From: Acidobacteriota bacterium
Lineage (GTDB): Bacteria > Acidobacteriota > UBA6911 > RPQK01 > JADFOI01
Direction of reading: 5' to 3'
Length of the DNA: 64,000 nt
Assembly: GCA_963663035.1 (NCBI GenBank)
Contig: OY760074.1
Coordinates: 2,624,001 to 2,688,000, forward strand
The translations under genes and the position numbers were made by a program. The notes under the pieces were generated by a model. That model made no database searches, was not told where the DNA came from, and worked only from the letters and a program-made list of their open reading frames with translations. Positions 41,148 to 49,694 of this stretch are shown here, one piece after another. Positions within the stretch are counted from its first letter, which is position 1; each line of letters starts with the position of its first letter.

Positions 41148-42331
41148 CTACTCACCCATCACACTTCCCAAAAACTCCCGCACCGCCGCCTCATATTTCT
41201 CAGGATTCATGTTCCAAGACCTAACGTGGGTGGCATCGCGAACACGACGATAGGTCACGATATCCGGACGCGCTTGGGCCAGTGAGTCACTCGTCTCAAC
41301 GGGAACCACCGCGTCCGCATCGCCATGGAACAAGAGAATGGGGACATCCAGTTCCTCTGCACGGTTCAGGTAGTTCAGAGCCTTCCAATCGATGCCAAAG
41401 CGCACTCGCACCAGGAACTTTCCGATCCCGGCCAGGAAGCTAGGCAGGCCCCGCTCGCGAACTCCAAGATCAATAGCAGCACCGAGGTCAAGCATGGGCG
41501 CATCCAGGATGGCCCCACGAACTTTCTGAGCAAGCTGAGAGCGGTAGAGGAAGTTAGTCACGATAGCCCCACCCATACTGTAGCCAACCAGAATGAGATC
41601 CTCAGCTCCCTGCTCCAGGGCATACCTGGCAGCTCCCTCCAGATCTTCCCATTCGGTCAGTCCATACCTGTGGAAACCATCCGGATTGGGGAGTTCTCCC
41701 ACATCGTTGCGGTAGGTGATGATCAGAAAAGGGAGTCCTAATTCTGCCACTGTAGGAAGGATGGGATAGGCAATCGGAGCCTTTCGTGGAGGGAGCTTCC
41801 CATGGACAAAGATCACCCAAGTGTTGGAAGTACCGTCGAAAAAATAAGCGGGAAACTCTCCCAAAGGAGAGGAGTAGGAGACTTTGAGAGTGGCAAGACC
41901 AAAGACCTTAGAAGGTTCATCGGCATAGGGCCAGAGTTCCGTTCGGACCCGGTCCCCGGGCTTCAGGCTTCCCATCATGGGAGAAAACTCACGCACCACC
42001 TGCTGCTCGTCGAGCTTGAGAATCTCACCCACCTGAGCATAGCCTTCATCCCAGCGCAATCCCCAAAGACCGCTCTTCTTCCACTCATCCCGCACCTGTT
42101 GATATGCCTCGATCTCGGGGATCACACCCAGGGTGATTCGATCTTCTGCCAGCTCATGATTCGATCTTCTGCCAGCTCGATCACCTCCAGATCAAGGGGA
42201 CGGACACCTTGTCTGGGTCTTAGCACTTCGTCTCTGATCAGGTTCCACATAGAGATCCCGGCTCCTACCAGAATAGTGCTCGCGAGCAGCATGACCGCGA
42301 AGACTTTCCAAATTGTAGCTCTACCACGCAT
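41148..42331 (-). pseudogene. Membrane-anchored alpha/beta hydrolase frameshifted by a tandem duplication
   Basis: GYSMGG, HGDADAVVP, HVRSWN. 22-nt direct repeat (23-nt period) at 42134-42178 splits the N-terminal ORF from the catalytic ORF. Confidence 0.85.
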
Positions 42332-42352
42332 AATCAACCAAAACTGGCTCGG

Positions 42353-42730
42353 TCATGCCACAAGTAGTGCGCTAATCCCCACTATTACACTCAAGACCGG
42401 GATAACAAAGCACACCTTTGCCCACACCTTCCACGCACTGAGAAAGCAGGAAAGGGGCATAGTGAACGCTCCCAGACTGAAGCACAGTGAGGCGACGTTC
42501 ACAGCAACCCCTTGCGTCTGGAACAACTGGGTGCTGAGAGCGAAGAGAATGTTGATGATCCCCAGCCCAAAAAAAGACATGTGCCCCAGGCGAACAAGTC
42601 GTCTCGGAAATGAATCGTAGCCTCCAAGCCAGTCGCTCCGGTGGAAAAATTGACCGATGATCGCCCCCGATAAGGCCCCACAAAGAAAAAGGGCCCATCC
42701 CACATACAGGTTCGTTAAAGGATTTGTCAT
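42353..42730 (-). CDS. Conserved 4-TM membrane protein
   Basis: WLGGYDSFPRRLVRLGH motif; 3 bp downstream of the radical SAM gene. Confidence 0.75.
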   Translation of the reverse strand: MTNPLTNLYVGWALFLCGALSGAIIGQFFHRSDWLGGYDSFPRRLVRLGHMSFFGLGIINILFALSTQLFQTQGVAVNVASLCFSLGAFTMPLSCFLSAWKVWAKVCFVIPVLSVIVGISALLVA

Positions 42731-42733
42731 TGC

Positions 42734-44086
42734 TTATACTCCTACTAATTCTTCCAGGTTATTGTGAGCCTTGGCCCGAGCTTCACGACGCAGAGCCTCA
42801 AAGAATCGGCTTCGCCGTCGATTGACCGTCTCTGGCTCGTAGAGGCTGCTCACAAGGGAGTGGAGTCCCTGTCGAAGCTCCTCCCGAGACATCTTCTTGG
42901 GAACAAAGTTGACATCAAACAAGGTACAGCGGCTCCAGTTGGTGGGCTCAAGGAGTCTTCCTTCCGCTAACAGCCTGTCGTAAAGCGGTGTTCCCGGAAA
43001 TGGCGTGAGAACGGTCACCTGGACCTCGAACAAGTTTGACCTCAGGACGAAGTCATGGACCTGTTCAAATATGGCCGGCGTGTGGTTATCCAGACCCAGG
43101 ACCAAGCAGCCATTAACGGTAATCCCAAAAGACTGAATCCGACGGATCGACTCCAGGTAAGAGTTGGCGCTTCGTGCCTTGAAGTTTGCTTTCGTCTCGA
43201 TACCTTCCAGAGATGCGGCGTCAGGACTCTCCAGCCCGATCAGGACTTGCCGGCATCCTGCCTGCGCCATCAGCTCCAGAAGCTCAGGATCATCGGCGAC
43301 AGTGATGTCCGTTTCGGTGAACCATTTGATGCCAAGAGGAACCAGTGCCCTGCACAGTTGTTTGCCCCACCGCTTGTCCACAAATGTATTGTCATCAGCA
43401 AACTCAATAAAAGGGTGTGCCCTCAACTCCAATATCGCCTGAATATCGCGGACGATCTTGCTTACCGGCCGCTTGCGGTAACCCAACCCCAGTGTCACCG
43501 TTGAGGCGCAAAAGTCGCACAGCCAGGGACAGCCTCTGGAGGTTTGAACAGTGAAGCGATTGTAGGGCCTCTGCTCGAGCAGGTCATAACGCGGAATAGG
43601 CAAGATGTCGAGATTCACCAAACCCTCCTTTGCCGAATCCCATTGTTCACCCGTTCTTCCCTGTTCCACTGACCTCACCACAGCAGGCCATACCCGCTCT
43701 CCCTCTCCCACAATGACATGATCAACATAACGCGCAGCCTCCTCGGGCACAGCGGAAACATGCAGCCCGCCCATGGCGACCACCACGCCCCTTTTCCTCA
43801 AGCGGGAAGCGATGCGATAGGCTTCCTGAACCTGGGCTGAGAACGTACTGATGGCAACCAGGTCACAGCCGTAGATCTCCTCCGGCTCGCTGAGGTCACC
43901 CTCAGCCTCGAAGTAATGGAGCTCGTGGCCCGCAGGCGTCACTGCTGCCAGGTAAAGGAGTCCCAAGCTCGGCAGCGTGGCAATCACTCGGCTTCGCTCC
44001 ACAAATCCGGGCAATGTGAGACCCAGTTTCATCAACTCTTCGTCTCGCACCCGTACACCACTCATGGCCAGAAATCCGATTTTCAT
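42734..44086 (-). CDS. B12-binding radical SAM protein
   Basis: PSLGLLYLAA, GGLHVS, VGEGE, TSRGCPWLCDFC, FADDN, IGLES, TPFPGT. Confidence 0.92.
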   Translation of the reverse strand: MKIGFLAMSGVRVRDEELMKLGLTLPGFVERSRVIATLPSLGLLYLAAVTPAGHELHYFEAEGDLSEPEEIYGCDLVAISTFSAQVQEAYRIASRLRKRGVVVAMGGLHVSAVPEEAARYVDHVIVGEGERVWPAVVRSVEQGRTGEQWDSAKEGLVNLDILPIPRYDLLEQRPYNRFTVQTSRGCPWLCDFCASTVTLGLGYRKRPVSKIVRDIQAILELRAHPFIEFADDNTFVDKRWGKQLCRALVPLGIKWFTETDITVADDPELLELMAQAGCRQVLIGLESPDAASLEGIETKANFKARSANSYLESIRRIQSFGITVNGCLVLGLDNHTPAIFEQVHDFVLRSNLFEVQVTVLTPFPGTPLYDRLLAEGRLLEPTNWSRCTLFDVNFVPKKMSREELRQGLHSLVSSLYEPETVNRRRSRFFEALRREARAKAHNNLEELVGV

Positions 44087-44180
44087 CTTTTCTCCTTTCC
44101 TCCCCGATACTTGAGGAGCGTTCCCTTTTTCGGCAGCTCGGTTCCCTTTGCAGACCCAAACCCGAGAAGCCTCCCACTAA

Positions 44181-44198
44181 TGAGTGAACATTCACTCA
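44181..44198. promoter_or_regulatory. TetR-type operator upstream of the radical SAM gene
   Basis: TGAGTGAACATTCACTCA palindrome; similar site at 44770-44791. Confidence 0.75.
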
Positions 44199-44220
44199 CA
44201 ACCCAAGCCCAAAAAAAAAA

Positions 44221-44790
44221 TCAACCTTCCAGCACTCGCCAGGCTGCCGCTGAAAGGGTATCGGCCAGACTTGTCAGACTCTGTTCGATTCTGCCGTAGA
44301 TCTTGATTACCGCTATTTGCAGCACAAGACCGACCACCATTGAACTGGCCACATAGACATCCATTCGCGGAATTTTGCCTTCATCCATTCCTCGTCCGAT
44401 GACCTCCCGCATCACATCTACAGGTTTCTTCATCTCCGGCGGAATGCTTTTATTGTGTTCATGCTGCGAGAGTAATAAGTAACTGAACATCACCCAGTCC
44501 TCGTCGAACTTGTGGCAAAAGTAGTGGATCATGGCATCCAGTTTTTCTTGAAGAGTTTGTTCCTTCTTCTGCACTTCGTCGAGTGCTCGGGTAAAGCTTC
44601 GTAAATTCGTGATAAACAGATCCCAGGACAGCGCTTCTTTGCTTTTGTAGTGCCGATAAAGAGTCCCCTCAGCAATCTGAGCCGCTGCTGCGATGTCGCG
44701 GATCCTGGTTTCCTTAATTCCTTTCTCAACAAAAAGCTTCAGCGCAGTCCGGGCGATCAGCTCTTTTGTTGTGAGTGAGCGTTCATTCAC
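44221..44790 (-). CDS. TetR/AcrR family regulator (probably leaderless, GTG start)
   Basis: LFVEKGIKETRIRDIAAAAQIAEGTLYRHYKSKE HTH. Confidence 0.92.
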   Translation of the reverse strand: MNERSLTTKELIARTALKLFVEKGIKETRIRDIAAAAQIAEGTLYRHYKSKEALSWDLFITNLRSFTRALDEVQKKEQTLQEKLDAMIHYFCHKFDEDWVMFSYLLLSQHEHNKSIPPEMKKPVDVMREVIGRGMDEGKIPRMDVYVASSMVVGLVLQIAVIKIYGRIEQSLTSLADTLSAAAWRVLEG

Positions 44791-44826
44791 ATTCAGAGTG
44801 TAGCTGGGGCTCGTTTCTCTTGTCAA
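44770..44826 (-). promoter_or_regulatory. sigma70 promoter and operator of the TetR gene
   Basis: TTGACA-18 nt-TACACT-6 nt-GTG; palindrome TGTGAATGAACGCTCACTCACA covers the start codon. Confidence 0.7.
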
Positions 44827-44897
44827 CCACTTTTTAAATTATTTTTTGATCAGAAGGCCACCTGAATAATCTTCTGGGGTTCTACACACAGAACTTC

Positions 44898-45770
44898 TTA
44901 CAATCCAGTCGTGTCCAGAAGACCCTGTTCTAGAGCTTCTAGTAACAGCAAGTTTTCATCGAATGAGTCCGAATAAGGTCCTTTTGTCATGTTTTCAGCC
45001 AATCGGAATTGATCGCGCTTCCCCGTTTCTTGGGCAGGTATGTCAATGAGAACTTGCTTCGTCTCCTCTGTTGCCAACTGAGCAATGTCTCGCCCAAGAA
45101 GGCGTGCTCCAGCCCGCTCATAATCAAACTCGTCAGCCTTTAAAAGATCATCATGCTCACGAAATAACCGCTCTTGGTGAGTACCAATGTCCATGTAGAC
45201 TCTTAAAAGAAAAGCTAAGTCGAGAGCATCCTTCCCGCGCTCCATGGGTCGGTCGCTCCAGGCAATGAGTTTAAGCGTAGCAAGACCAGCCGGGGTTGCC
45301 ACGAGCACATCTAGTGTTGGGTTAGACCGTAGTCGAACCAAGTGGGCATTTTGATATGCGTCCTCAAATCCGACCACCCTCATTCTTATACTCTGATCTG
45401 GAGGCCAGGCGATTTCGTTTTCCTGTCCCTGAATGTCGCCAAAAGGAACAATGTCTACAGGAATGCCGTTCTGGTAAAGGAGCCGTTGGGTTTCCCTGGT
45501 CGACTCAAAGCCGTCGATCTGGAGCAGCTCCTCTTTTAAGCGTCCAAATTCGGCCCAGTCAGAGACTTGAACCGCTAAATCGATATTCTCGGTTGCCCGT
45601 CCAACAGCAATTCCGTACCCATAGTGAAGGATTAGATCTCGGGCGGTGGCTCCGACAAGAAAAAAACGCATGTCATTCGCAAGAGCAATCGTCACGATCG
45701 CATCCAATATTGCGAGGGTCAACGCGTCAATCTTCCCTGATAAGTCCAGTAAGTTCGCGCTCATAGACAA
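44898..45770 (-). CDS. AbiEii/AbiGii-family nucleotidyltransferase (type IV TA toxin)
   Basis: LVGATARD, RATENID, VDIVPFG, LKLIAWSDR, KDALD; overlaps the antitoxin gene. Confidence 0.85.
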   Translation of the reverse strand: MSMSANLLDLSGKIDALTLAILDAIVTIALANDMRFFLVGATARDLILHYGYGIAVGRATENIDLAVQVSDWAEFGRLKEELLQIDGFESTRETQRLLYQNGIPVDIVPFGDIQGQENEIAWPPDQSIRMRVVGFEDAYQNAHLVRLRSNPTLDVLVATPAGLATLKLIAWSDRPMERGKDALDLAFLLRVYMDIGTHQERLFREHDDLLKADEFDYERAGARLLGRDIAQLATEETKQVLIDIPAQETGKRDQFRLAENMTKGPYSDSFDENLLLLEALEQGLLDTTGL

Positions 45771-46794
45771 GTTGTGCTGTTTCGATGTTCCTCGGGTCTC
45801 CGGTGGCTAAAAGGTCCGCATAGACGAGCAAAGGGGGGACCATTTCTCGGTTAACCCGATCCCATTCTACATCCCAGAAGGCCCTTAATAGCTCTATATT
45901 GCCATCTGGGTCTTTTCGGAGCCTATAAGCGAGTTGTAGCTCAGCAGTCGGTTCTCTGGCATAGATTGTGATCATTTCCGGCTTGAGGTATTGAGTCAGC
46001 TGCCGGGCTGCAACCTCACCACCCCAATAGGCCTTGAAATCGTTTAACGGTGCCTCTTTCCACCAATCAGTGTCTGTAGTGCAGAATCTTCCCATGAGCA
46101 ACTTGGGTCTCAACCGCTCGGGGTAAGTTGTCACCCAACGGTCCATGAGTTTCTTCCGATTTACAAGTTTACGACCACGTTTCCCCATGTCCACAAGGTA
46201 GCCCAGTTCCTTCAGGTCGGTGACCACCCAACCAACGGTGCCTAACGCCACATCGGCTGCTTTTGCAATTTCACGATAAGGAGCGGCTACAAGCGCAGGG
46301 TTGCAAAGAAATGCGAAAACCACCCTCAACCCAGTCTGCTGGAATGCGCGCGTCATTGGCTTTTTCGCTAATTTTTCAGGAGGCCTGTTACCCTTTATAA
46401 ATATAAACACAGGCGGTACGTTCAGATAGGCGTTTCCCGCGGCATCAAGAAAGGGGAGATCCATCTGCTTCAATCTGTCCGCCATGCGTGGATTCACATA
46501 GTTTGTAACAAGCATCCCTTGCTGAGGGAATCCAGTCAGACGCTGGGTCACCGCACCCAAGATAGTGTTGGTCAAACGGAGCTTCAATTCGACTATGAAC
46601 TCTTCGTCTATTTCGCGGGTCCTGAGCCGAACTAAGGCATCGACTTTGTGACCGTGGTAGTCCAGTTGCGCATTCTGCTGTTCCACCTCAATGCGAAGAC
46701 CGGTGGCTGCACGAAAGGCGTTTATAGCGCGTTCGAGGAGTTCTGCTTCCTGAAGATGTGTTTTTGCAAGATGACGATGCATGAGCTTGTACAC
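45727..46794 (-). CDS. AbiEi-family antitoxin (type IV TA)
   Basis: FLDAAGNAYL, HTH YREIAKAADVALGTV, WGGEVAA, LLVYADLLATGDPRNIETA. Confidence 0.85.
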   Translation of the reverse strand: MYKLMHRHLAKTHLQEAELLERAINAFRAATGLRIEVEQQNAQLDYHGHKVDALVRLRTREIDEEFIVELKLRLTNTILGAVTQRLTGFPQQGMLVTNYVNPRMADRLKQMDLPFLDAAGNAYLNVPPVFIFIKGNRPPEKLAKKPMTRAFQQTGLRVVFAFLCNPALVAAPYREIAKAADVALGTVGWVVTDLKELGYLVDMGKRGRKLVNRKKLMDRWVTTYPERLRPKLLMGRFCTTDTDWWKEAPLNDFKAYWGGEVAARQLTQYLKPEMITIYAREPTAELQLAYRLRKDPDGNIELLRAFWDVEWDRVNREMVPPLLVYADLLATGDPRNIETAQLVYERELTGLIRED

Positions 46795-46801
46795 TATTCA
46801 T

Positions 46802-46964
46802 ACATGTTCATTATTAATGAACATAGATTAAGAATGAACAAACGAAATCGTTTCGTTCGTTACTGTCTGTAGATTACGGACAGTAACACTAAATTAAACA
46901 ACAAGTTACATATGTACTTAGGACTACACGTTCATTATTCTAACATGTTCATTATTAATGAACA
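46802..46964. promoter_or_regulatory. Two identical palindromic operators upstream of AbiEi
   Basis: ACATGTTCATTATTAATGAACA at 46802-46823 and 46943-46964, plus half-sites, in an AT-rich stretch. Confidence 0.8.
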
Positions 46965-47100
46965 ATAACAAATAATGGACATGGGAGCGGAAGGGGCCAA
47001 AAAAATTGGGACTCAGTCCTGCACGAAAACCAAACGCCCACTATTTTCTAGAATCCCCCACTTTATCGTTGCTGCCCAGCACTCGATCTGCGTTTAATCC

Positions 47101-48282
47101 TTATAAGGGATCAAACTTATTGGCTCCAGCCATGGCCACACCGATGGGGTGGAGCGTATGCAGCACTTCAATGGTCGGATTATGGAACTCCAGAACCTCG
47201 GGCAGCCGCTTGTAGCAGTGAGGAGATTCGTCTGTCCCGGCACCACGCAAGACAACGCCTGCCTTGGAGATCCAATCCATCATCATTTTTTGGCTGATGG
47301 CCCCTTCAGACATTTTGATGCGCTTGCCTCTCTTCCAGCGAAACTTGCCAGCCGCTTGTCGTCTAGACATGACTCGCCCGGCACCGTGAACCGTCGAATA
47401 GAGAGCCTTCTTGCTTTCCTCGCTCTCGACCCCCTGCACGATCACGGAGATATCTCCCATGCTTCCACCGATGAACCCCTTCTGGCCGGGAAAGGCAGGA
47501 GTCGCTCCTTTGCGCACCACCCACAGGTCCTTGCCGTTGTGGTTCTCTCTCCAGGCAAAGTTATGATGGTTATGAACCTCTTCCAGGATATGGGCCCCCA
47601 AGATGGAGGCTACCTTGGAGCAGACCCAATCACGGCCCGCATACGCATAGCGTCCGGCAAGCTTCATCCCTGCCACATATTCCTGACCTTCCTGGCTATC
47701 CACGGATAGCAAGGCCGGATCGACATGCATTCCATCCTGGCCTCCTGCCAAGCGAAGGAAGTGGGTGGCGATCTTATGTCCCATGCCGCGAGATCCGAAA
47801 TGAACCCCGCACCACACTCGCCCGGATTCATCCAGGAACAGATCGACATAGTGATTTCCGCTTCCCACAGTTCCCAACTGGCTCCGAGCAAGATCCTTCA
47901 AGTGACCCACCGCCTTGATATCCCAAGCCGGGTCGTCCTCGAACAACTCGTGCTCCACTCTTTCTTTGTTCTTTTGGCCCACACCAAAGGAGATCTCCTT
48001 CCAGATATTATCCATGAGGGTGTCAATGTTGGCGCGCACCTCACCGGCCTCCGCATCCAGAAGAACCGCTTTGTTCCCACAGGCGATGTCAAACCCAACT
48101 CCGGACGGACTCACCTGATCTTGGTAGGCAACCACTCCACCAATCGGAACGGCATACCCTAAATGACAGTCAGCCATCAGCGCACAGTAGTCCGCTGTCT
48201 TTTGACAATTGAGAATCTGCTTAAACGCGTTGTCCTCGGGTTCTCCCCAAATGGGAATTCCGTTTCTTTCAATAAATGGCAT
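47101..48282 (-). CDS. rtcB: RtcB family RNA ligase
   Basis: DCHLGY, GFDIACG, LGTVGSGNHY, HFGSRG, HNHHN, RKGATPA, HGAGR, DESPHCYK. Confidence 0.93.
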   Translation of the reverse strand: MPFIERNGIPIWGEPEDNAFKQILNCQKTADYCALMADCHLGYAVPIGGVVAYQDQVSPSGVGFDIACGNKAVLLDAEAGEVRANIDTLMDNIWKEISFGVGQKNKERVEHELFEDDPAWDIKAVGHLKDLARSQLGTVGSGNHYVDLFLDESGRVWCGVHFGSRGMGHKIATHFLRLAGGQDGMHVDPALLSVDSQEGQEYVAGMKLAGRYAYAGRDWVCSKVASILGAHILEEVHNHHNFAWRENHNGKDLWVVRKGATPAFPGQKGFIGGSMGDISVIVQGVESEESKKALYSTVHGAGRVMSRRQAAGKFRWKRGKRIKMSEGAISQKMMMDWISKAGVVLRGAGTDESPHCYKRLPEVLEFHNPTIEVLHTLHPIGVAMAGANKFDPL

Positions 48283-48770
48283 TGCTCTTCTTCTTGCCAG
48301 TGCAAACTCGGGGTGAGATGTTCCGGTTTGAACCGGGAGAATCTGATCCCAATCTTACACCCCATTTCGTTATAGAGATCATGAGAAAGCAAAGCCAGCG
48401 AGACAGTGACGCTTTTTTAGGTGTCACAAGGCGCCAAAGTGTGAACAATCATTGCAAATAGCACCCACCCACCCGGACTGTTTGGACATGAAGTTGGACA
48501 TCCGCATTGTCAAAGACAGCGAAGTCACCGACCTGGTCTTGTGCGATTTGGTTGCCCACCGTCGAGTTCGGGCCCGGAAGCTAGTTCCCTATCGACTGGT
48601 TTCAGCCGCCTGCCTGAAACAATCGTCGACAGCAATGGAAGCTTGAGTTTGGGGAGATGTGGAAAATCGACACGTTTCTCGAAAATTCGGTAAATGTGTG
48701 GAGACGTCCCAAATCTTCCATCATGGCGTCTGGGTGCGAAAGACAAGCGGGCAGAAGGCGGCCGTCTTTC

Positions 48771-48915
48771 ATGAAAAACGGTGACAGGCCCTGAAAAATT
48801 ATTTTTCACAGATGATTCCATGAAAAACCGTGACCTTCCGTGAAATACACTGATCTCATCCACCAATCGGTGAAAAACGGTTGCACAAGCTCAATCGCAT
48901 GAAAAACGATGACCA
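48771..48915 (+). repeat. Array of degenerate TGAAAAACSGTGAC direct repeats
   Basis: TGAAA starts at 48772, 48792, 48821, 48841, 48871, 48900. Confidence 0.6.
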
Positions 48916-49017
48916 GCTCTGCGAAAGAGACAGAAGTATTCTGGCTTCTCTGAACAGAGGTTGCAGTAATACATTACACTCAGTAGCCAGATCAAAAACA
49001 AGAGGAGGAGAACCACG

Positions 49018-49593
49018 GTGATTCTTACAAAACGCTTCCTCGATGCAGTTGAGTATGCTTTTTACCTTCATGCGGGACAGAAGAGAAAAGGCACGAAAAC
49101 TCCTTACATTTCCCACCTCATGGGTGTTTTTTCCCTCGTGCTTGAGCATGGAGGCAGCCAGGATGAAGCCATCGCGGCCTTGCTTCATGATGCTGTTGAG
49201 GATCAGGGTGGGAAGGACACTTTGGAGGCGATCCACACCCTTTTTGGTGCTAAGGTAGCGACCATCGTTAAAGGATGCACGGATGCCTTTGACACTCCCA
49301 AGCCTCCCTGGAAACAGCGCAAGGAGAAGTATCTTAAGCATCTGCGCAAGACCAGAAACAAGTCTGTGCGACTGGTCTCTGCGTCAGACAAATTACACAA
49401 TGCCAGAGCGATCCTGGCTGACTATCGGCAGCTCAAGGAGAAACTCTGGAAGCGGTTTAATGTCGGTAAGGACGAGCACTTATGGTATTACCGGGAACTG
49501 GTGAAGGTCTTTAGAAGAAAGGGGCCTCGTTCCCTGGCGGTCGAACTGGAATTCGTGGTGACTGAATTGAAGGTCCTCACCGACGACGAGTGA
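49018..49593 (+). CDS. Stand-alone HD-domain hydrolase (RelA/SpoT hydrolase-like)
   Basis: HAGQKRKG, PYISH, LLHDAVED, SDKLHN; GAGGAG RBS. Confidence 0.9.
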   Translation: MILTKRFLDAVEYAFYLHAGQKRKGTKTPYISHLMGVFSLVLEHGGSQDEAIAALLHDAVEDQGGKDTLEAIHTLFGAKVATIVKGCTDAFDTPKPPWKQRKEKYLKHLRKTRNKSVRLVSASDKLHNARAILADYRQLKEKLWKRFNVGKDEHLWYYRELVKVFRRKGPRSLAVELEFVVTELKVLTDDE

Positions 49594-49694
49594 AAACACA
49601 TCTGATTCCTCCTGACCTCGCTGCTGCATACCAAGCGCTTTTCGAGCTGAGATCCATTAGCCTCAAGAACCCAATTCCTATATCCTACGTCCTC

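Noticed and set aside
44791-44826. TTG start for TetR at 44826
   Set aside because: That TTG is part of a TTGACA -35 box; GTG at 44790 fits better.
33400-48300. Run of mostly co-oriented minus-strand genes as an integron cassette array
   Set aside because: No repeated attC-like RYYYAAC...GTTRRRY stems between genes; several genes are operonic; I could not recognise IntI features in the recombinase, which is 24 kb away.
48380-48450. sigma54 promoter for rtcB
   Set aside because: TTGGCG is present but there is no correctly spaced -12 TGC element.
48771-48930. CRISPR array
   Set aside because: Repeats are about 14 bp, degenerate, spaced only 20-30 bp apart, and no cas genes are present.
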